A stretch of DNA of 64,000 nt from Camelus dromedarius (taxonomy: Eukaryota): NCBI RefSeq assembly GCF_036321535.1, contig NC_087461.1, positions 2,480,001 through 2,544,000 of the forward strand, in the 5' to 3' direction. Positions 38,401 through 52,883 of this stretch are shown here, piece by piece. The notes under the pieces are model-generated. The model saw nothing but the letters and a program-made list of their open reading frames with translations. It had not been told where the DNA came from and did not search any database. How positions within the stretch are numbered: the stretch's first letter is position 1; every line of letters starts with the position of its first letter. Made by a program: the position numbers and the translations under genes.

Positions 38401-38850
38401 ACTCATTAATCGTCAGTAAAATGCAGATACCATCCCAGTGAACTATAGTAGCACAAGCAGCAGGGTGGGAACTACACCCTGACAGGGGCAGGTCTCGCTC
38501 ACCGCTGGGACTGTAAATTGGCACAGCTACTTTAGGGAGCGATGTTGGGTTTCCTGCTGAACTTAGAGATGTGCTTAGAGAAATGAGGTTCATGCTTCCG
38601 TGATGTCTCATAGAGATAACCTGCACGCATGTGATACAAAGCATTCCAGCCTTCTTTGTGTAAGAGCAACAGAACTGAAAACAACCTGAGAGTCCACTGA
38701 CTGAAAAAGTGAATAGGTGAGTTGTGTTAAAGTTCTACAGCGGACACCACGACGCGGGTGCCCTGCGCGCAGGCACCAGGGAGAGTGACTTCCCCAAAGA
38801 CAATATGGGATTTTTAAAAGTGAGCTACAAAGGGGGAAAAACTGCATGAT
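35430..38850 (+). mobile_element. Highly degraded old LINE-1 (ORF1, ORF2 and 3' remnants with deletions)
   Basis: A-rich strand bias. Recognisable L1 segments such as acaaattcaatccc, ccatgccaaaaaat, gtaaattggcacagctacttt. Confidence 0.7.
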
Positions 38851-41800
38851 TTAATTTTTTAAATTTCAAATGCATGCAAAACTAGCCACTATACTGTGCT
38901 GGCAAACACACAAGGGAAAACTCTAACACAAAATGACATAACGCACACAAACTTCAGGACACATTTGCTGCCTCTGAAGAGGATGTTTACGCGTGCCATC
39001 AGGGCCTCAAAGACTGTGGTCAGATTCTGCAGGTGGACTTACAGGCATCTGTCCTAACTCTCTTCTTTAAACCGTATCTCCATGTACACATTATGTATGC
39101 TTGTTATTGTGATGTATTTGAAATAGATGATCTCTTTCAGAATCAATAAAGAATAACAGGTAAGTCTGAAAATTTTTCTTTCTAAAAATGCTGCAAACCA
39201 CCATTTGAAAATGCAATGTTCGGGTCTTTAAAAATATGTATTCAACATATTTGGGAATGTGGGCTCGTTGAAAGAAGTGACTGTGCTGCAGTACCATGGG
39301 GAGCAGACAGACAGACCACACGGTGCAGCACAGACAGACACCTCAGACAGATGTGTCTCTGGTATCTCGAAAAGCATTGCTGTGAAAAAACACAGCCCGC
39401 TTCTCGTAGCTCTCGCTAGTCCGCTAGGGACTCAGGTCTGGATCTTGCTGTTTGGTAAGTTCCTGTACCTTCGGGCTGAGTGGACAGAAGGACAGAACAA
39501 GTCTTCGGAGGCCCCCCCACAACACTGACTTCACACACAACCGGGCGGAGCGCGTGTGTGGGAGGTTCCTTCCTCCCCTCGTCCAGGAGAACAGCGGCTG
39601 GGGAGGGCGGGCTAGCCTCGGTCTTCGGGCGCCCGGCGGGGCTGTTACGACAGCAGCAGCGATCCGGGCACACACGGCTGCGAAGGCAATGAGGAACTGA
39701 AAACAACCCCGCCCGCTCCATGGCGGGGTCAGAGACTCGTGAAGCTCTGAGTCTGTGGCTGAACCATCCTTCTAAGTATCTTTGGAGCAAGAGAACTTAG
39801 GTCATTTCTGAATTACAAAGATGAAATAAGAGAAGAACCTAGACATTGAAAATGGCATCGAAAACATACTCAGCGGCACCTGCCAAGTTGCGTGGGTGTA
39901 TTTATGCCCAAGCTTGGAAGCTCCTATTCGGCCTGCGACTAATATCCACTGCTCATTCCACAGTTTATTAACCAGATGGGTATGAGTATTGTCACACTAT
40001 GGGTGCTGTGCAGTCAAGAATTTTTAGAAGAGACTTCTAGAAACTCTTTAGCCCTTTGCTGGAAACACCTCAAATGCAGGCTGAAGGCTCCAGTCATGTG
40101 AGTTCTTTAATATCCCACTGGAAATAGATCCAAAATTGTCTTAAAAACATCTTGCTGGTTTTGCACTCCGATAAAGCATGGACTAAAGTCACAGAACATT
40201 CTAACGTTTAAAACACTTTCATAAGCTCAACTTTCCCACTGAAGCTGTGTCTGCAAGGGTAAACATCTTCATACGATGGTAATTTCTTTATTTGACTTCA
40301 TAACACTGGTGGCAACAACTGTGAAATGCAGACTAGAATTCAGCACCAACCTGACCATTCAAGAAAGCGACTACATGCTGTATTAAGACCAAATTCAATT
40401 GAAAGACTAAATTCTGTCCAAAAATGTGCATTTCCCTTCATCCAGACATTATAACATATTACTATCTTCAAGTTAAAAATAGCCCTTTAGAAGTAATTCA
40501 ACCTAAAAATCTGAAGAAATCAACATTTTATTTAGAAAAGAAGCAGAACCAAAATCATAACAGGATTTAACAAACAGCACTGACTGGCCAGCTTTTCACC
40601 AACTGCCGCGTATAGCGCGCCAGCTGCGATATAGTAAAAAAAATTAGAACTACACAAAACTTCTTTGCCTAATTTTGATACGGAAACATAATCCAGTTTA
40701 CATTTTTTGTAGTGATCACCTGGTATCAGAATTTCCATGAAGGAAAGACAGACTGAACTGGTCCCACACAAGACAGCTCAGACCAGACCACTTCCAGCAT
40801 CACGGCCCGGACGTGGTACCAATCTACTTCAGGTACAGAATGAGGCCGACCCACGGGACTCTCTGGAGGATGACGCTGTCTACACTGCCAGAGGTCCTGG
40901 ATGGAGAGCCAGGTGTTTTCACAGGAAGATATAAGGGAAGAGAAAGCTTCAGCTTTGTGTGAATATACGTGCGAGCTAAGCCAGCCTCCTGAGAACCTGG
41001 GGATGTGTTTAGCATCACGGGGTCACAGGACCACGGCCCTGGGTCAGTCTTGTCACTTCTCCCCTTCAGAAAGATAAGCCCCACAAAGTGTCCCCGGCTG
41101 CCACCCTGAAAGGCAGGGAACACACCTCTGATGCTGAGTTCCTGTCTCCTGACTCAGAATGGGCTGCAGCTTGCCTGGAATGCCAGCTGCCTTTCAGCAC
41201 ATGCTCCAGACAAAATACTCTTCACGGAAAGTGCCCTCAGTTTTCCGCTGGCTTTGAAGTGGGGCTCATCCTTGGAGCCTCTCGCCCTGTGAGAGGTGAG
41301 TGCGCCCCAGCTGCAGGGACAGGATCTGCTCCCCAGGAGACCCGCAGCAACGTCCTGACAGAAATGGGGATAATCCAGGGAAAACGGGTTTGGGGGAGAA
41401 GATGACTCACTCAGCAGTGGGTCTTTTGAGTTTGGCATATTGTAAATATTCATCTTAACAGCTATGAAAATATCGTCTTAGCCAAGGATCCAAGAGCCCA
41501 CAGAGCTTCTTACACTAGAGCACCACGTGCCTGAGAGAAACTGGCCTAATTCTGCTTATTTCCCTGGTGCCCGTTCCCTTGGGAGGTATCTGCGTGGGAA
41601 CACATAAAGTGTGTTTCTGCACCTTAAGATATTAGTTTATGCTTTCTTTTGGGGATCCTGTAGACAAAATACCAGAATGACTGACTGAACTGTTTCTTTT
41701 CATTAGACTAAAATAATATATTTGATTGTTCCTATAGGTACCAAACCATTGAATTCCCAAAACACACACACAAACAAACAAACAAACGAAAAAATCACTT

Positions 41801-44729
41801 GTAAAATCTCCAGGATGCAAAATGATTGACTGCGTTTTCAAGTTTAAAAGCTATGGCTGGTTTTCTTCTTTACTGCGTCTGTCTTTCCTGGGGAGGGAAG
41901 GATGGAAGTCGAGGCAGGGACGAGAAGTGGAGAAGTGACTGGGCTGAAATAATTCAGGAGGGTCTGCATAAGGCACGGAGAGGATGAGCAGCTTTACCAG
42001 ATGTAAGAGGTGATTAACATCAAGGATCTTCTGTCATGAAATTCAGTGGGGCTTCCCGCAACATCCCCAGACGAGACGATTGAAGATGCAGATTTGGCCT
42101 CCTCTCTAAATCAAGTGACTATCAAAAAGAAAGCAAGTGACTGTGACTCACACGGCGCTGCCCAGTGCTAGCTACAGAAACCGAGAGCCAGCTCATCCAG
42201 CAGCTACAGAGAGGGTGTGAAATAAAATGCGGGCTCCAAGGCAGACTGACTGGTCCTGGACCACCGAAGGCTCTGAAGGTGATCACCAGAACCTCTCACT
42301 ACCAGCAGGAACGTGGCGTGAGCCAGTAAACTTCAGTATTTATTGCTCAGGTACCCCCCGCTTAGAGTACGTGATTGAATCAGACAGTTTTGAAATTTGC
42401 GAGATGACAAAGACGTGTCGTAAACCTCTGTGCCTGTCCCCGGGAGGAGGATCGGAAGCAGCATGTCCTTGGAGACGAGAGCTGGTTTTTGTATTTCCCC
42501 TTTGTATTCTCTTTAATATATGAGTTATTCAGCATCAGAGAAAATGTGATATGTGTACAAAAACAAAACCACAGAACGAAAAAAAACGGGAGAAACGTGT
42601 AAGCTAGGAAAAAACAAAGGTAGAAAGGAGAACAGAGATAAAACAACAAAAATACAACACTGCATACATAATAAAACAATCTAAATAGAGTTCTTAATGT
42701 ATCATATTTGTTGGTTTCTGGCAGGTTTTACAAGAAGATTTTAAAAACCATTTTTATTAATTTCACGGTGGAATACTAATTCTGTTCTCAATCATGGATG
42801 TTCACATAAAACTAGAGTGAAAAGTAAAACAAAAACCAATTAAAATGAGTAAAACTTTGTTCTACAGCAAGTTGATGTTACATTTGTTCAGCCTTATAAA
42901 TCATATCACAGGGGTCAGCGTCCTCTAATTCAAGGGACAGTACCTTTCAAGTGTCATTGTCTTGAAAACCTATTTGTAAGTTAAGGCCCAGCAAATCATG
43001 GTAATTGTCTTGATAAAATGCACTTCCTTACGGAATCCACAGGTTATTTTAAATACATAGGGTTACACGGCCCCACCCCACACACAGACATACTGTCTGT
43101 GATCCTAAAAGTAACTTGCAAATCCCACAATATGTGATTGCTTCAGACTTGTTTTTGAGCCTTTTCCGGAACAGGTTTTTGCTTTTATTCTTATAGCTGA
43201 TCAAGCTGCTGGAGACTACAAAAGCCAAAGGTCAAAACTGAGGATTTCATGAGCATAAGGAACAAACCCGTGGGAAGGATCGTGGTGTAATGCACAAGAT
43301 ACAAAATTCCAGATTCAGTGTGCTCTTATTTTGGCTTGCAGTTAAGTTACCTCTAGACTGAGTAAGCTAAAAAGGACAGCCAGTGCCAACAAGAATGGAA
43401 AGCATTGGAACTCTCAAAAGTTAGTGTTATTAACCCAAACCGACCAGACATACACCGTCTGGTTAGGGCTTTACTCCCAGACAACACGGCCAGTAGACGG
43501 GAGCGCACATGTCTGCCGAAAGCAGCACTGCTGCCCGCAGCCCCTCAGTGACACCGACCTCAGCGTCCCTCCAGGAGAGGGAGACGTGAACCTCTGACTG
43601 GTAACACAGGGGCTGTGCCCTACCCGCCGTGGGGAAGATAGCAAAGAGGCAAGCCAGACTGCCAGCGTCGGGCCCTGCGGTCAGACACAAGAGCTGGCTT
43701 CCCATTTCCGTGAAATCTCAAGACAGGCAGCATCATCTGATTGTCTAGAGATCAGAATAGCAGTTAGCTTGAGGTGGGGGTTACTGCTGGCAAGTCGGAG
43801 AGGAAGCCAGCTGGAAGCTGGGAGGAGTCCTGGATCCGGATCAGGGTCCCAGGATGGACATGCCTGTAAAAATGCCTCGAGAAAGACTTTAAGATCTGCA
43901 TGTGGCTGGAACTCAGCTGAATACACACACTCACAGGAAAACATTAAAACACCTGAAGGAAAGAAAACAGAACAACACTATAGGTCGATTCCGCGTGGCT
44001 GACGGTCACTGGGATTCATTTCTATCCCCAAACTCTTTGTGCTTCTCTCACCTTCTACACTAAGCATGTGCTGTCTGACTTTTATCACCAGAAACAAGCC
44101 ATAAACGTTTTCATAATGGAGAAGTCACCACAATGAGAAAGATTACAGCAAGAAGAAAACCCACATTTTCTATACTTCATAAAATGGATTCATCCTGTTC
44201 ACAGTTCAGGTCAGCATGTTTTTGCTCATTCAGCACTTGTCGTTCTTAAGTTTTAATTTATGGAAAGAACGTGCGTAGAGTGGCTTGCTATTTAGTTTAA
44301 GAACGGAATTTTTTGTCTAGAACATCATGTTATCTTTTTGCTGGAGGAGTTTGCATTCTTCAGTGCATTCATAAAAACTGTCCAAAGATTTCACTCACAC
44401 AGCTTTGGGGAGAGGTCTTCCCAGAAGATGAGAAGGGCTGTCTTGTCTCTCTGTGCATCAGTGTGGTTTGTTGAAATGGAGAACAGCTATCCAGAGGAAA
44501 TGGCCCCCTAATTCAAACAATGTGTGAAGCAAACCCAGGGAAGTGGGAAGGGTGACTGAGCAGCTCTTGAACCAAGTTCTAAGACTTCAGGTCAAGTTCC
44601 GTGTCTGTGGGCTGATGCCGGGCACACATCTGTTTCCATGCACTGTGGACTCCTTGGGTTCAGAACTGTGGGCTCCCATCCAGATACACCTCTTGAAACA
44701 CAGTGTTGCCTGGTCTGGTCTGTTGCTTG

Positions 44730-46720
44730 TACTTTTAAATCGGGATGTTTTACTGAGATAAGTGTAGATTCACATGCAATTGTAAGAAATACCTTCTTCA
44801 CTGTTCACATGTTGCACAACTACAGTACACTACGGTAGCCAGGACCTTGACGTGAATACAACCTATCCATCTCATTCAGATTATCCAGGTTTTATCTGTC
44901 CTTTTGTGTGGGTGTGACAGTTTTATTCCATGAATAGCTTTGGGCGTCCTCCACCCCAGTCAAGAGCTGAACCCAAAGATCCGTCATGTGGCCCTTTGGT
45001 AACGCCACCCCTCTCCTCACTGCTCCGTCTTTAACCCCTAGCCACCACTACTCTGTTCTTCATTTCCAAAATTTTGTCATTTTGAAAATGTTATGTAAAT
45101 GGAACAATGTAGCAAATGACACTGTGGGATCGACTTTCTCTGCTGACTCAGCATAACCCCCTGGAGCCTCACCGAGTTGTTCCACGTGGCAACAGCTCAT
45201 GTCTTTGTACCGCTGAGCAAATCCCCCTCGGAATGTGTGCTGCAGTCTACGCAACCAGCCACTTGATTAAATACATCTGAGTCACTCCCAGTAACTTGGC
45301 TGTGACAAATAGATGTTTTCTGTGCTTTTGTACACTGTGCTATGTGTGGAAGCAAGCTTTCATTGCTCGGGGGGGAAACACCTGAGTGTGTTTACTGGGT
45401 TTTATGTTAACTGCGTGTTTAGGCTTACACGACCTGGCCAGGCGAGGTCCAAGTGGCGCGCCATCCCCCGGCGACCAGGGGTGAGGGCTGGCTCCGCACC
45501 CACCACCACGGGGCTGCCGCCGTCGCTGTCCGCTTTCACGGTTCTCATGGGGGGCAGTGCTATCCCATCGCGGTCTTAGCTGGTGTCTTCCCGATGGACA
45601 GTGATGACGAAAACCTTTTTGTGTGTTTATCTGCCGTCTGTGCACCTTTACTAGTGAAATGTCCCTTTGTGTCTTTTGCCCACTTTTCAGCTTGGATTCT
45701 TTCTTTACTGTTGAATCTTGAGAGTCCTTCACAGACTCGAGTTCTCAGTCTTTTCTCACGTGTGTGGCTTGCAACACTTTGTCCCAGGCTACAGCTTGTC
45801 TTTGCACCCTCTTCCCATGGGCTTCATAGAGCAAAAGGTTTTAATTTTGGAGTCCGATTTATCATTTTTTCCTTTGAGGATCATGCTTCTGGTGTCAATT
45901 AAAAGAACTCTTTGCCTCACCCTCAGTCCTGAAAATGTTTTGCCAGTATTTCACTGAATAATCTTTCAATCCTACTCTCCTTCTGTAATGATACAGTCGT
46001 TGGATCTTTTGATAGTGGCCCGTAAGTCTCTAAGTCTCTGTACCTTTTTTTTTTTTTTTTTTTTTGGCCTGTTTTTCATTCTGTTTTCTCTATGTTGTTC
46101 AAATTGAGTAAATTCTCTTGATCGCTGCTCACGCTCATTGCTCCTGTCTTCTGTCATCTCCACTTTTTGTTTGTTTCGGGTGGGTTTGCTGTTCTTGTAA
46201 CTTTCAGTTCTATAATTTCCATTTAGTTAATTTTTCATAGCTTCTATTTCTTTGCTGAAATTCTATCTTCCATCTGTTTCAAGAAAATTAGTAACTGATC
46301 ATCTAAGCATTTTATGATGACTGCTTTAAAATCACTCTCACGCAGTACCAACCTCTGATTTATCTCAGTGCTGGAGTCATTTGCTTGGCCTTCTCATGCA
46401 AGTTGTGGTTTTCTTGGTTCTCGGCATGATGGTTGTTTTTCACTGTACTCTGGACATTTTGTCTTTTTTGTTAACAGACTCCACGTCCTATCTAAATCTT
46501 TTATTTTATCAGGTGACTATCCTGTTTGGGTTTGGTGCCCTGGTCCTGACCTACTTTTGTGGTTCCAATGCAGTTTAATTTTTGGAGCCTCGGCAGTGTT
46601 TTTCCAGTAGAACTGGGGAACCTGGTGCTCTGTGTTGTTCCTCCAGTCCTGGCGTCCCGCAGCAGCTCACCTTCCTCCCACCACCTTTCAGAACTCCCTG
46701 CCAGTTGTCTCTCGTATCAC
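44730..46720 (-). mobile_element. Old LINE-1 (L1MC/MD-like): 3'UTR, ORF2 end and 5' remnants
   Basis: T-rich strand. Motifs tagattcacatgcaattgtaagaaat, aatgttatgtaaatggaa, tcttttgcccactttt. Confidence 0.75.
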
Positions 46721-47124
46721 TTCCAGGAGTCATCACGGTACTTGGAGAGGCAGGGTGAGACAAGTCCGTGTCATCCTGCCCAGACTGAAAGTCTTAGCTG
46801 TTCGTTTTTCAAAGATAATGGATAGTTTGTATAGACTCGGTGCTATTTCATGCGCCACCAGAAGATGCGGAGAAGGGCGGTCTCAGCACTCACATGTGTA
46901 GCCAAGAAACCATGATGCTCCTTTGCAAAATCCAAAAATCTTAACCTTTGAAGATTTTTTTCCTTCCACTTTACATAACTTAATTTTCTCTCATTTGAGC
47001 GCTGGATGTGACACACATAAAACAAAAGGAATGGGTGTGAGTTCATTCTGTTGCTGCCGTTCCTTCTAGCATCCTTCTCCAGATGTGACGTATGACACTG
47101 AGCCCTATAACGTCCTGGCCCAGG

Positions 47125-47305
47125 GGTGGTCCAGGGGTGCTTCCAGGGTCGGCAGTGCCAGCATCACTTGGACATCGGTTAGGAATTCAGACCCTCAGGT
47201 CCTATCCCAGAATCAGAAATTCTGGGATCAGGGCCCACCCCCACCCCCCAATGTCTTAACAGCATCTCAGGTTGATTCTGGTGATGCCACAGTGTGGGAA
47301 TCACT
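47125..47305. mobile_element. MER5A-like hAT MITE
   Basis: gcagtgccagcatcacttgg...gaatcagaaattctggga...gggccc...ggttgattctg matches the MER5A layout, including its internal palindrome. Confidence 0.7.
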
Positions 47306-48073
47306 ACCCTAGATATGATTCAAACTTAATGTTGAAATTTAGTTACATTTTATTTTTAAAAAGAAATCATCAAATACATATCATTCAGGTGAGGCTACTC
47401 TCCCAGCAGATTATTATTCTTTCCAGAATTAAAGACGCTTGCTACCTGCAGAGGAACTTAAAACATGCCACCACAGCTTTAGCAGTCAGTCCACATAGAC
47501 CAGTGGGCGTCATGCCCTCTCGCAGGTGTGTGCTGAGCACTGTGATGGGCAGTGCCCTGCTCCAGGCACCCGGCACAGTCACAAAGAAGACAGATGGCAC
47601 CTCTGCCCTCACCGACTTTGTGCCACTTGGTATGCAGACTTGCAACCTTTATTTTTCATGCTTTGACAGATATAACTGGATTATAATTTACTGCAAATAT
47701 TTCTACCGAGTTTTCAAAACTGTTTTGGAATCTAAGACGGATTCTGTATGAAAATAGACAATTTAAAGAAAACTATTAATACTTGAAAATGAGCACTTTA
47801 TGATGCATAGAAACACTTTCCAAGTTTCATGTAATCATATTCCTAGTCATTTTGTTTAAATCCATTTCAGTACGACACAGTTGCTATCACAGCACGTGAC
47901 TGGTTGCGAAATTCTGTCCGTGATTATGTTGCTCAAGAAAACTTCAAATGAAGACAATTGTAACACATGATGTTATTAAAAAATGTATTTTCAAAGAATG
48001 ATTCCTAAAGGACTCTGTATCTACTTAGAGAGGGACGGTTTACACTGGTTATAACATACATTTAGTTTATTCT

Positions 48074-48204
48074 TGGAGGGGAGGGTGTAGCTCAAGTTGT
48101 GGAGCACATGCTTAGCGTGCACGAGGTCCTGGGTTCAGCCCCCCGCACCTCCTCTAAAAATAAATGAACCTAATTACCTCCCGTCACCCAAAAAGTATAA
48201 AAAA
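48074..48204 (+). mobile_element. tRNA-derived SINE (camelid Vic-1-like)
   Basis: GGGGAGGGTGTAGCTCAAG... head with A and B boxes, AATAAA...CCTAATTACCTCCC tail, A-rich end. 10-bp TSD AGTTTATTCT at 48064-48073 and 48205-48214. Confidence 0.85.
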
Positions 48205-48572
48205 AGTTTATTCTATAGACAAAATTTGGATTCCTTTTAGCAAATTGACCACCGTGTCGGAAAATTATCATCTCTTAGTGCGACTTCGTGGCATGAGAGT
48301 TGTGTGTACGTAGGAGTGAACTGCACCTTCCTCTCGCAGTGGCTGCTTAATAGCACAGTGAGGAGACTAAACAGAAAAGAAACCTTCTGGAAGCTGAAGC
48401 AACACCAGATAACTAGCACACGTCACAGACAGCACACGGTTCCCTTCATGGAGGACAGATTGGAAAGACCCACTAAGAAATAAGAAAAGGAATCCTGAAA
48501 TGCTTTGCCTCAGCAAGCAAGGCACCCAACAAGCGAACAATTGAGAACATATTTCCGTAGAATTACACTTAC

Positions 48573-48587
48573 TTTTCGATTTGCGAC
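48573..48587 (-). CDS. Candidate 15-nt microexon (VANRK or GRKSK)
   Basis: ccctctttttcctggcacataaagttag|GTCGCAAATCGAAAA|gtaagt. Strong donor; pyrimidine tract displaced upstream. Confidence 0.3.
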
Positions 48588-51500
48588 CTAACTTTATGTG
48601 CCAGGAAAAAGAGGGATTGTAGTATTTGTTACCTGTCATTCTTTTTTTTTTTTTTCAAACAAACCTGCAATTATTTAAGGGAAAGAGTCAAGGGCCTGAG
48701 CGGCTGAGTGGACATGGTGAGGGGGAGGCAACGGGAGAGGGGCAGCGTGTCAGCAAACCTGAGGAACGACGGGGGGGGGGGGGGCGAGCAGCTCGGTGGA
48801 GATTTTGATAAACCCTCTTTGATCGTGTTGCTTTTGAGGAGCCGAGACATCAGAGGGGAGCCGTCCAGGGAGCATTCTGATCTGCGACGTGGCCCTCGGA
48901 AGAGAAGCCGGGGCAGGGAGCACGGATGCGCTGAGGGTAATTGAAGCCAGAGGCTGGAGAGAACTGCTTGTGGGGGAGACTGAAGAGAGACAAAAGAGGA
49001 GGGTTGGGAAGTCTGAAAGAACTCCTTCAGCTCTGAGTCAGAAGGAGTCCGGGAAGGAGCCAGAGAGGGATATAAATGGGGACCCGCGGTAGGATGCAAA
49101 TCAGGAGAGTGTGAAGTCACAGACGCTGGGCATGGGAACTGTTTAAGAGCCTACAGAGCAAGATACTGGCCTGAATACTACTGCAAGGGCTGGCTGAAAA
49201 AGCACCTCACCTCCCTCCGCCCTTTTTAAAAAGAAATTCTCAGTAGGTCAGGTTAGGGTAGATTCAGGGTGATTGGAAAGAGAGGAAGTGAAAACAGAAT
49301 AGACAAAACTTTCAAGGAATTGGACTTCGGAGATGGGAGAAGGCAGAGAATACTGTCTGGAGATGCTGTGGGTTAAGGGGGAATTGAGCTTTTTAAAAAA
49401 GTGGTACTGCTTCTTGAGTTTGCTTCTTAACAGTACACTGACAACTGGGAAGTTCAGGAGACGGAGGTCAGTGCAAGGGGAGAGCCGGAGAGGGGGAAGG
49501 GAGACTCGGGGAGAGGGCTCTGAGTCAGACATCAAAGCGCTCACCCACCCCTTCATGCGAAAGGGAAAGAGGTAAGTGTGGATGCTGTCAATGCAAGCAT
49601 TTTGCAGATTTCAAAGAAAGCAGCGAGGCTTACGGTCTGGTTCATTTTATGTTTTCTTTTTCTGTGGAATTTAAGATGAGATCATCTGTTGAGTTTGTGT
49701 TTTTGTTGGGAGATAGTTGGAAAAAAGAGTAGAAGATATTAACAGTAATTTTGGAGTTTGGGAGAGTAATTTGCCTATGGAAATAGAGCGTGAATACATG
49801 GCAGTGCTATGGTTTGGGCTGAATTCAAAAGAGCACATTACAAAGCCACCGTGTAATATTGCACGTGCATGTGCAGATATGCACCTGAGCATATGCAGAA
49901 ACACAGTGTTGGGCATCAGATGGATGAAGTCTATCCGTCCCTCTGTGTAAATACGCACAGAAAGCGTCTGGAAGCAACTGAATGCACAGAATTAGTCAAT
50001 GACGTCATACGTTCACATGCATATAGGATCGCCTTCAATGATGCATCCGTATATCCATCTATGTGGGTATTATTTAAGATGATTTCACTTAATTTCTTAC
50101 ACTTTTATGAATTTTTGCACATTAGGAATCAGGAATGCCTTCTTCACTAAGGCAAAGAAGTGAGAAATATTCTGTAAGTTAAACTGACTATGTTATTGGT
50201 AAAATAACTGTCTGCGATAACCTAATTAAATATTTTTACCTTATATAGGTAAAACTCAAGTCTAAATATTCAGGGAGCAATGATTCAACAGGCCCCGACC
50301 TCCTTTAGGAGTCACGGCACGGAACTACAGTGACATGGCTCCTGTTTCATAAATGGACCCACGAGTTCTTCAATACCTGGGAACTGATGACAGTCTCCTC
50401 TCTCAGCCACCGTTACAGAGACAGATACAGACATGACATAGAGGTGTCTACGTATAGACAAAATTTACAGATGTAGACAGATACCTGTGTACAGATATAA
50501 ATATAAACACAAACACAGATGCGGATACAGAGACATCCGTGTATGAAGAATACCTAAGTGGTGCTCAGCTGGATCTAATAAATATTTTAAGTGATGTTCA
50601 AACAATCTGAATTTGGCAAAACAAAACAAGTTTTAGCAGACGATTCTTCCTTGGATTTTACAGTCCTTTTATTTGCAGGGAACCTTAGCCCAGGCCCTTC
50701 TCATTCTTTAACATTTAACTCATCAAAACACTTGTTTTGGAAAAACACTTTTTGCCCAAGACCTGTTGAGGTCTTAAAATAAGTTCTCTACCCAGAATTT
50801 TGGGACAGGCTTTACTCGGGGGAAATTACTGAGAAAAAGTGGTTCAAGAGATTGGTTTAGAATATTTAATTCAAAATTTAAATAGTGAACTATTCTTGGC
50901 AAATTTTTCCCAATATTTATATTTCTAAATTATACTCTGTATTAAGAGAATATATCCATTCATTTTTCCTGTTTCTGTAGATGCCCTTCCTAGATGACTC
51001 ATTGCATGCTAAGAATATACATTTTAGAGTTCTGGAGAACTTCACACGGAAATAATGTATAACCAAAATGATAGTTTAAAGGTAGAAAGAGACCCAGGAG
51101 TAAGCAGTAGAAGCTATATCTACAAAAATGTGAATTTTTTGGTGTATAAATATATTATCAGTAATCTAAGATAATTCTTAAGCAGTGGTCTTGCTTGAAA
51201 CTTCTCATATCCAGACTTAGTGGAGCCACACCTAGGACTAAACTTCAGATATCAAAAAACGTTTGCTTAGTAATTTTTAATTTAAATATAGCCATACTCT
51301 AATATTTGATAAGCTGGAGGATATAGTTGCTTAATTTCAAGCAAAAACTAACGCTTTAAATTTTAAAAGAAATGAAGCATATGAGAAAGCAGGTATAGAT
51401 TTAACAAGTTTCTGGGTTAGCCAAGTTCTGGAGAGGTCAAACTGATTCAAAAGATGTTTCAGGCAAATGAGACGTAATAAAGTCAGGAAATTCAGACATA

Positions 51501-51799
51501 TTAAAGTGAATCTAAACTCATTTATTACCAGGCATTCATTACTTTAAAGATGATTAGGCTTTGTTAAAACAGAATTATTATTAACAGTTGTTCTATAGTC
51601 TTACATATATTTAATATATATACCTTGTATTAAATATATATCTACATATGTATATGCAGATATTTTAATCTGACCTATATTCTTATACCCAATCATCTGT
51701 CCATATGTAACAGATGTATCTGTCCCTGTGTTTATGGCTGTATCTACATCTCTGTACGTAGACATACAAATGTATCTATCATCTGTCACCATACACATA

Positions 51800-52330
51800 A
51801 ATCCAAGTTATAACCATTTTAGTGGTTACATAATATTCTAAACTATGGGTTGATCATAATTGTTTCACTGTTTCTTTAAAAAAAAAATCACTTTTTAATC
51901 CACTATCCTATCAAAGGGTTTTCAGAAATTTTGCTGTTTGCAACAATGAATAATAGTCTTGCAAATGTCTTCTCTTTACTTGTGCAGTGGTTGCTTCTAA
52001 ATATTTTACTGCGAGTGGATCTAATGTTTCACGTGGACTACAAATACTGTATTCGAATAGAAATTTTTTTCTGTACTGTTCTGTGCAAATTTACTCCCAA
52101 TAGCAATATATAAACTATCCTGTTTATCCATGTTCACCTGTTATTCTCAGATTAAATTAGATGCTAAATGAATGGGATCTCATTATGGTGTTGATTTTTA
52201 TGTTCCTAACCACCACCGATGTTGAAAATTCTTTATATTTTTATTGCCTATCTGCATTTCATTTTTGTGTGTGAAATGTCACCACAGACCTTTGGCTTGC
52301 TTTCCTATTATAATTTTGTGCTTTTCGTAC
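51800..52330 (-). mobile_element. Old LINE-1 3' fragment (L1ME-like)
   Basis: ttttgctgtttgcaacaatgaataat and tgggatctcattatggtgttgattttt resemble antisense L1 3' sequence. Confidence 0.55.
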
Positions 52331-52397
52331 TAATCTGAGTACTTACATACCCTTGACGCCAGTACCTTCTCAGTTGTGCGCGTTGTGTATGTGCCCC

Positions 52398-52883
52398 TGT
52401 TGACTGAAAACACGCACAACCTAGAAGTTGAGAGCTATGCTCTGTTCGGTGGGCTTTGAGGACTCGAGCCTGGGACGCGGCTTCTGAGATCGTTCGGAGA
52501 GACTGCTCCCCAAAGAGGCAGGCGGGGAGCCAGGGTATATAGACCAGGTAGTCGGAACGTCAAAAGATTACTGTTAGTTAAAGAAAACCAGACATCTCAA
52601 GTGAAGGAATTGAGCGCTTTTCTAGGTATGGGAAGGAGCAAAGGTCTGGGCCTATTGAAATCATTCCTTCGACAAGCACCTCACTGTCGGGGCCAGTGTC
52701 CTGTTCTCCCCCGTCTGAGTCCCCTCAGGGGCACCACTGGGGGCGGCAGCGGATGCCAGGCCGCCTGCTTGTCCGCATCCGGAGTTCCCTCTGCTCACAG
52801 GCGGGGGCGGCAGGAGCGGCTGGTGGCTTGATGGCTGCAGCATCCTTTGTTTACTGAAACGGCTGGCAATATTTTTCATTCAC
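52398..52883 (-). mobile_element. Solo ERV1-class LTR (MER41-like)
   Basis: Resembles laurasiatherian ERV1 LTRs (aaaagattactgttagttaaagaaaaccagacatctcaag; gcagcatcctttgtttactga). GCCCC flanks both ends (52393-52397 and 52884-52888). Confidence 0.75.

Noticed and set aside
47203-47230. Strong palindrome ATCCCAGAAT...ATTCTGGGAT as a possible miRNA
   Set aside because: Explained by the internal symmetry of a MER5A-like MITE.
48074-48150. tRNA-like sequence with A and B boxes
   Set aside because: No proper acceptor stem, followed by a SINE tail and flanked by a TSD. It is a SINE, not a tRNA gene.
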